This document shows positions 1 through 7,711 of a stretch of DNA of 64,000 nt, in pieces (within the stretch, counting starts at the first letter, position 1; each line of letters opens with the position of its first letter). The DNA is from Deltaproteobacteria bacterium. GTDB taxonomy: Bacteria; Myxococcota_A; UBA9160; SMWR01. The stretch covers positions 7,213 through 71,212 of the forward strand of contig JAQBGU010000135.1 in NCBI GenBank assembly GCA_032128375.1, written 5' to 3'. Below the pieces are notes generated by a model. It saw nothing but the letters and a program-made list of their open reading frames with translations, did not search any database and was not told where the DNA came from. The translations under genes were made by a program, and so were the position numbers.

Positions 1-236
1 AACTCGAGAATTTCTTTGTCGGTTCCGGGCTCCTGGGCACCGAATTGGTTACACGGAAAACCCAGAACGGTGAGGCCATCGCGGTTCTTGTGAAGTGTAT
101 GCAGACCTGCATACTGGGGAGTGAGGCCTCATTGACTCGCGACGTTGACGACCAGGCAGAACTGGTTCTGATAATCCGACAATCTTACGGATTCTCCCTG
201 GATCGAAGTCATCTCGAATTCGTGCATATTCGCCAT
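1..236 (-). CDS. gpx: glutathione peroxidase, selenocysteine-containing (N-terminal part; gene runs off the window start); in-frame TGA at 131..129 read as Sec
   Basis: Missing from the ORF track because of the internal TGA. ATG at 236..234 is preceded by GGAGGG with an 8 nt spacer. The translation is [35 protein letters not shown]-[TGA][43 protein letters not shown]. This fits the GPx/BtuE signature VNVASxCGxTPQY ... [14 protein letters not shown], with the TGA exactly where the catalytic Cys/Sec sits. The frame stays open and family-like after the TGA. Confidence 0.85.
97..114 (-). promoter_or_regulatory. bacterial SECIS-like hairpin downstream of the gpx UGA
   Basis: The minus-strand RNA reads GUAUGCAGGUCUGCAUAC, starting 15 nt after the UGA. 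The arms GUAUGC/GCAUAC are complementary and close an AGGUCU apex. The 12-nt core UGCAGGUCUGCA is identical to the apical part of the E. coli fdhF SECIS as I remember it (GGUUGCAGGUCUGCACC). Confidence 0.7.
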
Positions 237-280
237 AGGAATTTCCCTCCGGTAGATGAACCGACGATAGGATCCAGGTC

Positions 281-612
281 ATGGGTGGGCAACCCGAAGC
301 CGCGGTGAATATCACCGCGAGCGATCGAACGGATTGGCGGGAACGCTTGCTCGCGCGCCTGGAGGCGGGTGGGCGCTATCGCTCCTGGGTCTTGTTGGCC
401 GCGCTGGCGGGGATGTTCGCTGCGACATTCCCGATCAGCATTCTTGCCGTTTCGCTCGGCACGATCGCACGCGGGCCGGGCTGTCCGCTGTCGCATTGGT
501 GTTGGCAGCGGTGCTCTTGCGCGAGACCGAACGTCAGCGAGTCCGATTCGATCTGCTCGGCGCGGCGATGCGAGCCTCTGAGCCGGGCGCCTACTTCGAA
601 AGGACGGAATAA
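281..612 (+). pseudogene. remnant of an EmrB/QacA-type MFS transporter gene (internal deletion/frameshift plus truncation)
   Basis: The frame starting at 281 reads ...RYRSWVLLAALAGMFAATFPISILAVSLGTIA, typical of the N-terminus/TM1 of drug-exporter MFS proteins, and loses sense near 470. A second frame (ORF 334..612) reads GLSAVALVLAAVLLRETERQRVRFDLLGAA, resembling the TM6/central-loop region of the same family, then stops. Only about 330 nt is present where a gene of roughly 1.5 kb is expected. Confidence 0.45.
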
Positions 613-1523
613 ATCAGCAGCCCCTGTTGTGTATCTCGGGTGACGCTGATGGTCCGAACGCCGATCGACCGATGGATCCGTGTCCGCCCACTCGTGTCGG
701 CCGCCACCTGTGAAACCAGTGGTTCGATTCGGCGCTCGAATGCATCCGCGCGGGATCCGAATACGGCCTGGTTGATCCTATGGATCGCGTGGTTGGCTTT
801 GTCTGGCGCTGTGCGTCGCCTGGGTGCGATCGGAGCGCTCACAGTAATCACTTCGGAGCGTACCACGTAGCGCGTCGTGCCGGAAGTTGCGATTTGTGCC
901 GGATTGCCGTCGGGCATTTTCCCCGTTCGCCACTGAGTGACGCCCGGGTCCGCCGCGGACAGCGGTGTCCGAAGCCGCCTCACAATGGCTTTTGCGTCGA
1001 AGCTCTGGAAGCTCACGCTGGAATCCGTCTGACCCCGGTCGATCGCAGCGGGTGGGGCGCTCTGCCGGCGACCCCTACCGGCGCCCGTCGGCCTGGGATT
1101 GCGGGCTAGCGCTCGCGCACTGCGCTCGGCTTGCAATGCGTCGACGGCTGGTTTGGGCAGCAGGCTGAGTAAGAATCCAGGCGTTCGCTCGTAGATTCGC
1201 ACTTCACCGGGTGGCACCATCGCGCGAGTGATCACCACCACTTCGTCTCGGGAGGTGAAGTACAGGTACAGCTGGTCGCGACTGACGATGTGCAGCCACT
1301 CCGGCCGGCCCTTACGCGTTACGATGTCGCGGACCGCAGAATCATATTCCAATTCAAGTGCGAGCCGCTGTTCGCCCTCTGGAGTGGCGGTGGACAGGCT
1401 GCGCGCGACTACATCGCCGAGCCTGTAGCCGTGTTGCACGGCGCTGCAACTCGCCAGTGTCGACGCGATGACGAATAGCAGAGCAAGTTTGATCGAGCCT
1501 GCACATGTGAAGCCAGCGCGCAT
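591..1523 (-). CDS. hypothetical lipoprotein
   Basis: 310-aa ORF with the signal peptide MRAGFTCAGSIKLALLFVIASTLASC (lipobox LASC). I recognise no family. Confidence 0.6.
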   Translation of the reverse strand: MRAGFTCAGSIKLALLFVIASTLASCSAVQHGYRLGDVVARSLSTATPEGEQRLALELEYDSAVRDIVTRKGRPEWLHIVSRDQLYLYFTSRDEVVVITRAMVPPGEVRIYERTPGFLLSLLPKPAVDALQAERSARALARNPRPTGAGRGRRQSAPPAAIDRGQTDSSVSFQSFDAKAIVRRLRTPLSAADPGVTQWRTGKMPDGNPAQIATSGTTRYVVRSEVITVSAPIAPRRRTAPDKANHAIHRINQAVFGSRADAFERRIEPLVSQVAADTSGRTRIHRSIGVRTISVTRDTQQGLLIYSVLSK

Positions 1524-1751
1524 TTGACCGGACGCCCCCCAGATACTCCTGGGAAGCCCTTCGACACAAAGCTCGCACGGCTTGAAAGAGGCTGCTCAAA
1601 TGCGCTTCTACCCCCGAACACTGACCGGATCCGTGGGGATTCAGCTTCACCCCTTGGCTCCTCGAGTCTCGGAGTTTCTCCCGTGTCGCTCGGCCATGCG
1701 GAGTAGTATGGGGTGTAGACCGCCAGTCGATCGCCAAAGGGGGCCAGTCCG

Positions 1752-2447
1752 ATGGGCCGCGAAGTCCAAACGCGTGAACGCCTACTGGATGTCGCGGAGC
1801 GTCTGTTTTCGGACCAGGGCTATGGAGCAACGTCAGGACGACAGATCACAATTCAAGCTGAAGCGAACATTGCCGCCATCCATTACCACTTCGGTGGCAA
1901 GAAGGAACTGCTACAGGCGGTGCTGGTCCGTCGGCAGGGCCCAATTACGAATGCGCGACTCGAGCGCCTCGATGCGCTGCAGGCAAGACCGGATCATCCG
2001 CCCACGGTCGAAGAGATCCTGGCCGCCTTCCTCGAACCCGCTCTTTATCGGGCGCGGCACCCCGATAATCCGACGGCGCGGATCTCGAAGCTGGTCAGCC
2101 GCCTCTTGATCGAGAAGCCAAAAGATCTCGGTGGAATCGTAACGGCTCCGTTCGCCGGCGTGCTCCTTCGTTTTATCGATGCGCTCAGACAGGCGCTACC
2201 CGGGATCTCGCGACAGGAGATATTCGTTCGCATGTCGATGGTGGTCGGCGTGCTCATCCATATCGCATCCGGGATGCAAGAGGCACCCATGCTGCCCGAC
2301 ATCGAGTCGCCGACCTACGATGATGAGGCCGTCTTGAAGCCCGTGATCGCCTTTTTGGCGGCCGGCTTCCGCGCGCCGTCCACAGAGAAGCCCATCACCA
2401 TCGATACGCAGTCGCCGCTGGCGAGCGGCTTTGGTGCCGCCGACTAG
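1752..2447 (+). CDS. TetR/AcrR family transcriptional regulator
   Basis: N-terminal HTH region RERLLDVAERLFSDQGYGATSGRQITIQAEANIAAIHYHFGGKKELLQAV is a typical TetR_N domain. It lies upstream of two acyl-CoA dehydrogenase genes. Confidence 0.9.
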   Translation: MGREVQTRERLLDVAERLFSDQGYGATSGRQITIQAEANIAAIHYHFGGKKELLQAVLVRRQGPITNARLERLDALQARPDHPPTVEEILAAFLEPALYRARHPDNPTARISKLVSRLLIEKPKDLGGIVTAPFAGVLLRFIDALRQALPGISRQEIFVRMSMVVGVLIHIASGMQEAPMLPDIESPTYDDEAVLKPVIAFLAAGFRAPSTEKPITIDTQSPLASGFGAAD

Positions 2448-2578
2448 GCAAGTGGGCCCACTATGGAAGCTCTTCTCGCTGTGTTGCTATGGTAAGGTGG
2501 ACGGCCCAGTACGACTCTTACCAAGCAGCCCCGCCGGCCAAAACGGTTCTTGACAGCTGCGCATCGAGGAAACCACGT

Positions 2579-3685
2579 ATGAATTTTGATTTCTCGGAGG
2601 AGCAGAAGCTCCTCCAAAAGACGGCCCGAGACTACCTCGCGGAGTATTCACCGCTGACTGTGGCTCGTGCCGTGATGGAGTCAGACGTCAAGTACAGCAA
2701 CGAGTTGTGGAAGGGGACCGCCGAGATGGGCTGGCTTGGCGCCGCGGTTCCCGAGGAATACGGCGGAGCGGGCTTCGGGCACCTCGAACTCGCTCTGCTC
2801 GCGCAGGAGGTTGGCCGTTCGCTTGCACCGATTCCGTTCTCTTCGTCTGTCTACTTGGCGACTGAGGCCATCACCCGGCTCGGGTCCGAGGTGCAGAAGC
2901 AGAAGTACCTGACCCGACTCGTGTCTGGCGATGCGATCGGGACGCTGGCGATCTCTGAGGGCCCCGGCGAGTTGGACTTGGAGTCGATCGAAACTCGCTT
3001 CGAGGCCGGCAAGTTGACCGGAAGCAAGACACCGGTGCCCGATGGCGACATCGCCGATCTGGTTGTCGTGCTGGCGAAGACCGCCGCTGGAACCGCGCTG
3101 GTCATCGTCAATGGCGATGCGGGTGTCGCGAAGAGGTCGCTCGAATCGATTGACCCGACTCGCTCGCTTGCGCAGCTCACTTTCGACGCTGCACCGGCAG
3201 AACTCTTGGGAGCTGACGGCGAGGGAGCCGCGCAGGTAGAGATTCTTCTGGATCGCGCGGCGGTGTTGATGGCGTTCGAACAGATCGGCAGCGCAGAGCG
3301 CGCCTTCGAAATTACGAAGGAGTACACGCTCGGCCGCTACGCGTTCGGGCGCCCGATCGCGTCATTCCAGGCCATCAAGCATCGGCTCGCCGACCTGTAT
3401 ACGATGATCGTGCTGGCCACCTCCAATGCCTACTTCGGCGCCTGGGCCTTGGAGAACGAATCGGAAGAACTGGGTACCGCGGCGTGTGCGGCGCGTGTGA
3501 GCGCGATAGAAGCCTTTGACCGAGCCGGAGAAGAGATCATACAGATGCACGGGGGCGTCGGATTTACCTGGGAGTATGACTGCCACATGTTCTATCGACG
3601 CTCGAAGCTGACCGGCCTCGTTTTGGGCAGCGCAGCCGAGTGGCGCGAGAAACTGATCCAGCGACTGGAAGCCGGCTCCAACTGA
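2579..3685 (+). CDS. acyl-CoA dehydrogenase family protein
   Basis: The ORF 2489..3685 has its family-typical start MNFDFSEEQKLLQKTARDYL at ATG 2579. The C-terminus reads GGVGFTWEYDCHMFYRRSKL, an ACAD signature. Confidence 0.9.
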   Translation: MNFDFSEEQKLLQKTARDYLAEYSPLTVARAVMESDVKYSNELWKGTAEMGWLGAAVPEEYGGAGFGHLELALLAQEVGRSLAPIPFSSSVYLATEAITRLGSEVQKQKYLTRLVSGDAIGTLAISEGPGELDLESIETRFEAGKLTGSKTPVPDGDIADLVVVLAKTAAGTALVIVNGDAGVAKRSLESIDPTRSLAQLTFDAAPAELLGADGEGAAQVEILLDRAAVLMAFEQIGSAERAFEITKEYTLGRYAFGRPIASFQAIKHRLADLYTMIVLATSNAYFGAWALENESEELGTAACAARVSAIEAFDRAGEEIIQMHGGVGFTWEYDCHMFYRRSKLTGLVLGSAAEWREKLIQRLEAGSN

Positions 3686-3720
3686 GGTCCTATCACAACG
3701 GGTTTTCGCTGAACTAAATG

Positions 3721-3824
3721 GATAGGCCGAATCGATAGGCCGAATCGATAGGCCGAATCGATAGGCCGAATCGATGGGCCGAATCGATAGGCCGAATCGA
3801 TAGGCCGAATCGATGGGCCAGATT
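3721..3824. repeat. tandem repeat, 13-bp unit GATAGGCCGAATC x8
   Basis: Read directly: six perfect units, then variants GATGGGCCGAATC and GATGGGCCAGATT. It sits in the 166-bp spacer between the two ACAD genes and ends 28 nt before the ATG at 3852. The period is not a multiple of 3. Confidence 0.95.
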
Positions 3825-3851
3825 CGCAGGCACGAATCAACAGGAGAAGAC

Positions 3852-5084
3852 ATGGATTTCGAAGACACTCCGGAAGAAGCCGCCTTTCGCGCCGAAGCTC
3901 GCGCATGGCTCGACGCCAACGCGAAATTGTTGGATCCCAATGAGTCGGTGCAGGGGTTGATGGAAAGCGAAGGAGGTGGTGGCGTCAAGCGGGCGCAACA
4001 GTGGCAGGCAAAGAAGGCCGATGCCGGTTGGGCGTGCATCACCTGGCCCAAGGAATACGGAGGCCGCGCGGCGACTTCGATCCAGAGCGTGATTTGGAAT
4101 CAAGAGGAGGCGCGATACCGCACCCCACCGAGCATTTTCGGCATCGGCCAGGGCATGCTCGGGCCAACCATCATGACTCACGGTACGCAGCAGCAGAAGG
4201 ATCGATACATCCAGCCGATGCTGCGGGGCGAGGAAATCTGGTGCCAGTTGTTCAGTGAGCCTGCGGCCGGATCAGACCTGGCTGGCTTGCGCACGACCGC
4301 CGTGAGGGACGGGGATGATTGGATCGTCAACGGCCAGAAGATCTGGACCACGGGCGCGCAATTCTGTAAGTGGGGGATGATCGTGACGCGCACCGATACC
4401 AGCGCGGTCAAGCACGCGGGGATCACCTACTTCATCGTCGATATGGAATCTCCCGGCATCGAGATCCGGCCCATCAAGCAGATCGCCGGCTCGAGCGGCT
4501 TCAACGAGGTGTTTTTCACCGGTTGCCGGATTCCGGACCAGAACCGGGTCGGTGCGGTAAACGACGGCTGGCGGGGCGCGATTACCACGCTGATGAACGA
4601 GCGCTCGTCGATCGGCGGTGGTGGTGGCGGCGCCGGTGTGAAGGAATTGATGCGGTTGGCGAAGCAGTGCAAGCGCAACGGGCGGCCTGCTATCGAGGAT
4701 GCTTCCGTGCGTCAGCAGATTGCGGACTTCTATATCCGCGGCAAAGGACTTTCCTACACGGGGTCGCGAACGCTGACTGCGATCTCGCGCGGTACCACTC
4801 CGGGGCCGGAGAGTTCGATCGGCAAGCTGGTTGGCGCACCACTGCGCCAGCAGATGGCTGCATTCGCGATCGACTTGCAGGGTGCGGCCGGTTTGCTGGT
4901 CAACCAGGACGCCGCCCAGGATGGTGTCTGGCAGATGGCTTGGCTTGGGGCTCCAGGCATGCGCCTGGCTGGCGGAACAGACGAAATCCTGCGCAACATC
5001 GTGTCCGAACGCGTCCTGGGCCTTCCCTCCGAGATGCGGGCCGACAAGGGTGTGCCATTTTCGGAGATTCCGACGGGTATCTAA
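3852..5084 (+). CDS. acyl-CoA dehydrogenase family protein
   Basis: The ORF 3813..5084 has a likely start MDFEDTPEEAAFRAEARAWL at ATG 3852, after AGGAGAAG. It carries ACAD motifs, including C-terminal GGTDEILRNIVSERVLGLP. Confidence 0.9.
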   Translation: MDFEDTPEEAAFRAEARAWLDANAKLLDPNESVQGLMESEGGGGVKRAQQWQAKKADAGWACITWPKEYGGRAATSIQSVIWNQEEARYRTPPSIFGIGQGMLGPTIMTHGTQQQKDRYIQPMLRGEEIWCQLFSEPAAGSDLAGLRTTAVRDGDDWIVNGQKIWTTGAQFCKWGMIVTRTDTSAVKHAGITYFIVDMESPGIEIRPIKQIAGSSGFNEVFFTGCRIPDQNRVGAVNDGWRGAITTLMNERSSIGGGGGGAGVKELMRLAKQCKRNGRPAIEDASVRQQIADFYIRGKGLSYTGSRTLTAISRGTTPGPESSIGKLVGAPLRQQMAAFAIDLQGAAGLLVNQDAAQDGVWQMAWLGAPGMRLAGGTDEILRNIVSERVLGLPSEMRADKGVPFSEIPTGI

Positions 5085-5096
5085 GCCCAGCCAGCA

Positions 5097-5290
5097 CTGG
5101 TTCGCCGGAGCCAGTGGTCCCTGCTGGGCCCCAGCCGCACTTGAGCTATAGCGAGCGGCGAGAACTGGTTCGCCGGAGCCAGTGGGTCCCTGCTGGGCCC
5201 CAGCCGCACTCGAGCTATGGCGAGCGGCGAGAACTGGTTCGCTGGAGCCAGTGGGTCCCGGCCGGGCCCCAGCCGCACTTTCGCTGTGGG
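5097..5290. repeat. tandem repeat, 68-69-bp unit x about 3 (REP-like, hairpin-forming)
   Basis: CTGGTTCGCCGGAGCCAGTGG(G)TCCCTGCTGGGCCCCAGCCGCACT.GAGCTAT.GCGAGCGGCGAGAA recurs with starts at 5097, 5165 and 5234. Unit junctions (GGCGAGAACTGGTTCGCC) are self-complementary. It lies between convergent genes that end at 5084 and 5297. Confidence 0.9.
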
Positions 5291-5296
5291 ACTGTG

Positions 5297-5767
5297 TTAG
5301 TGGGGCCGGCAGAGATCTCCGTGGGGGGACCCGTCGAGCAGCGCGATGAATTCGGGGCCGCCCATGTAGACCAATTCCCTGTGGTCGCCACCTTCGAAGT
5401 ACACGCACGATAGCCGCCGCAGTCGGTCGTCGTACACCACTGGGATTCCGAAGGCTCCGCCCAGCGGAGGAATCGCGCCGGGTTCGCAATCTGGGAAGAT
5501 CAACGGCATTTCGCCCTCGGTCGCAAGTTCCAGTTGCCGGTGCAATTCGGTTTCCAATTTTTTCAAATCGACCCGATGCGAAGCTGGAACGATCGCCATG
5601 ATGTAGCCGCGCTCATCTTCGAGCAGAACCGTCTTGGCAAGCTGGTCCTCCCAGATATATGCCGCGCCGGCCGTCTCGGAGCTGTTGTGAGAGTGCGGAT
5701 GCTGCAATACCTCGTAGCTGACCTCGCGTGAATCGAGATACCACTGGACCGTCTTCGAAATGGACAT
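5297..5767 (-). CDS. YbaK/EbsC-type aminoacyl-tRNA editing (deacylase) domain protein
   Basis: The YbaK-like pattern is present: AKTVLLEDERGYIMAIVPASHRVDLKKLE ... GAIPPLGGAFGIPVVYDD ... VYFEGG. The start is set at MSISKT (ATG 5767) behind GGAGGGAGG. Confidence 0.75.
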   Translation of the reverse strand: MSISKTVQWYLDSREVSYEVLQHPHSHNSSETAGAAYIWEDQLAKTVLLEDERGYIMAIVPASHRVDLKKLETELHRQLELATEGEMPLIFPDCEPGAIPPLGGAFGIPVVYDDRLRRLSCVYFEGGDHRELVYMGGPEFIALLDGSPHGDLCRPH

Positions 5768-6101
5768 GGAAACCTCCCTCCTCATACACAATACACATAC
5801 GCGATACGTGCAATGTCAATCCGAATTAACTCCGTCGGGCACTGGCCGACGTCCGAGAAGATGGGACCCACGGAAACAGAAGATACAGCGGGGATCGCGC
5901 GTGACTGGCAAGCGAGCGTCCGAAGGAGTACTCCTCGACTCTGCGCCAGCTGTTGTTCAAAACGCAAGAAGAATCACGCGCACCCGAGTCGCTTCTGCCC
6001 GTAGTGATTCTCTCCCGACGCGGGCAAGATTGGACTTTCCGGCTTGCGAAGGCTCGGGTGACAGTTGGAAGGAGTCTGTGAGGAGACGGCTGACGGGTCG
6101 A

Positions 6102-6773
6102 ATGAACTTTTTCGCGCTTGGGACGCTTGTCTTGGGGCTGGCCCCTGCCAGCCCGGCCCGGTCGAGCGACACCGACAGCGACGGAAGCTGCCCCTATCGA
6201 CGTGTGTCGTTGAGTACGCCACAACGTCTTCTAAAGGCACCCGGTGACGGCACTCTACAAGCGGAATTTCTTGGCGTGTTTGGATTTCATCTCGGGCGTG
6301 CCGGCTTCGAGGTGATCGAGCCGACCCAATCGGGGTTCACTTGGGAAATATTCAGCCAGGTGGAACCGCTCGGAGACGGGCGGTTGGCTTGGAGCTATGC
6401 GTTGCTCCCGATGCCTGGCCTGGCGGATGGGGTGATCGAATTTCCCACGTTTTCGGTCGTTGAACGACCCGGTGGCGAGCGTGTGCAGTTCACGACGTAT
6501 CACGGGCTGGAAAGCCTTCGCTCCACCGATTTTCCCCTTCGCGCAGCACTGGCATCAGAGAAGCTCGCAAACTTGTACCTCCCAGTGGCGCTGAAGCTCT
6601 GCGCTGAGCGGGGCTCGATATTGGAGATGGAGGCGGCTCGGCTGGAGCGCATCCGCAGCGAACTCAGCGCCGAAATCGAACGCGTTGCGGCGCGACGCTC
6701 ACGACAGAACAAGCACCTGGAGTTGAAAACCGAGGACGGAATGCAGGACCCGCCCGGGTCAGCGAGCGATTGA
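6102..6773 (+). CDS. hypothetical secreted protein
   Basis: Within ORF 5760..6773, the signal-peptide-like start MNFFALGTLVLGLAPASPA is at ATG 6102. The C-terminus is coiled-coil-like (EMEAARLERIRSELSAEIERVAARR). I recognise no family. Confidence 0.5.
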   Translation: MNFFALGTLVLGLAPASPARSSDTDSDGSCPYRRVSLSTPQRLLKAPGDGTLQAEFLGVFGFHLGRAGFEVIEPTQSGFTWEIFSQVEPLGDGRLAWSYALLPMPGLADGVIEFPTFSVVERPGGERVQFTTYHGLESLRSTDFPLRAALASEKLANLYLPVALKLCAERGSILEMEAARLERIRSELSAEIERVAARRSRQNKHLELKTEDGMQDPPGSASD

Positions 6774-6774
6774 A

Positions 6775-7542
6775 TCAGGCAGCGATTCGATCGGCGGATT
6801 GCTCGGCAGCACTGTCATTGGCGATGCGCACGATACCCAGCGCTGCGAGTGAGCGGATCACGAAGTAGGCGGGGTCGATTTCGAACCAGCGAACGCCGAA
6901 GTTGATCGACATGCCGGCCTTGTGGTGGTTGTTCTGAAAGAGCTCACCAAGAGTGACGAAATCAAAGGGCAGCGAATTGCGCGAGAGGTCGTTTCCCTCG
7001 AAATTTCGATAGCCATACTTGTGGCCGCACCAGTTCACTATGGCTCCGTGGATTGGACCCATCAGGAAATGCGCCGGCAGCAGCAGGAAGTAGATCGCGC
7101 TCGGTGCGAATGCAACATAAAACAGTGTGTAGGCCACGCCGAAGCCGATGCGTACGGGCCAGCGGTTTGCGAGCCGGTCGAGTTCTACCCATTGCGGGTA
7201 GCCGCCATCGAAGCGCGGCTCGGGCTCGATTTCGTGGTGCACGAAATCGGAGTAGCGATTCTTGGTGTTGAGCATCATCGCCACCACATTTGGGAAGAAA
7301 TGTGGAGAATGCGGGTCGCGCTCCGTATCGCTGAATGCGTGGTGTTCGCGGTGCAAGATCGCGTAGCCGCGCGGCTCCAGAAACGATGAGCCCTGGGTCA
7401 ACCAGGTTGCGAAATAGAAAATTCGCTCCCAGCGCCTGCTCATCGTGAACTGCCGATGGGCACCGTATCGGTGCAAGAAGAACGTCTGGAAGAATACTGA
7501 CGAGAGCCAGTGACCGACAAAGAATATGGCAATTGCGAGCAT
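6775..7542 (-). CDS. acyl-CoA/acyl-lipid fatty acid desaturase (membrane di-iron, delta-9-like)
   Basis: Three His boxes are present: HRYGAH, HREHHAFSDTERDPHSP and NNHH. The start is set at MLAIAIFFVGHW (ATG 7542) behind AAGGGAGAG; the tracked 355-aa ORF is over-extended. Confidence 0.85.
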   Translation of the reverse strand: MLAIAIFFVGHWLSSVFFQTFFLHRYGAHRQFTMSRRWERIFYFATWLTQGSSFLEPRGYAILHREHHAFSDTERDPHSPHFFPNVVAMMLNTKNRYSDFVHHEIEPEPRFDGGYPQWVELDRLANRWPVRIGFGVAYTLFYVAFAPSAIYFLLLPAHFLMGPIHGAIVNWCGHKYGYRNFEGNDLSRNSLPFDFVTLGELFQNNHHKAGMSINFGVRWFEIDPAYFVIRSLAALGIVRIANDSAAEQSADRIAA

Positions 7543-7711
7543 CCGCTCTCCCTTGCAGCCTTGGTCACGAGGCCGTGAAGGTTCGAGACCCGTGGCGAGT
7601 CGGTACAAAGCTACCGAGGTCAAGAGCTGGAGTCCGCTGAGTTTCGTAATAGTTGTGTGATACCAATTCGTTGGGAGTTCACGGCTCGCACGCGGGTAGG
7701 ATTCGTCGCCA

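Noticed and set aside
45-315. Tracked ORFs 45..308(+) and 49..315(-) at the left edge.
   Set aside because: They are the antisense and out-of-frame shadows of the TGA-interrupted glutathione peroxidase gene, whose translation is far more convincing.
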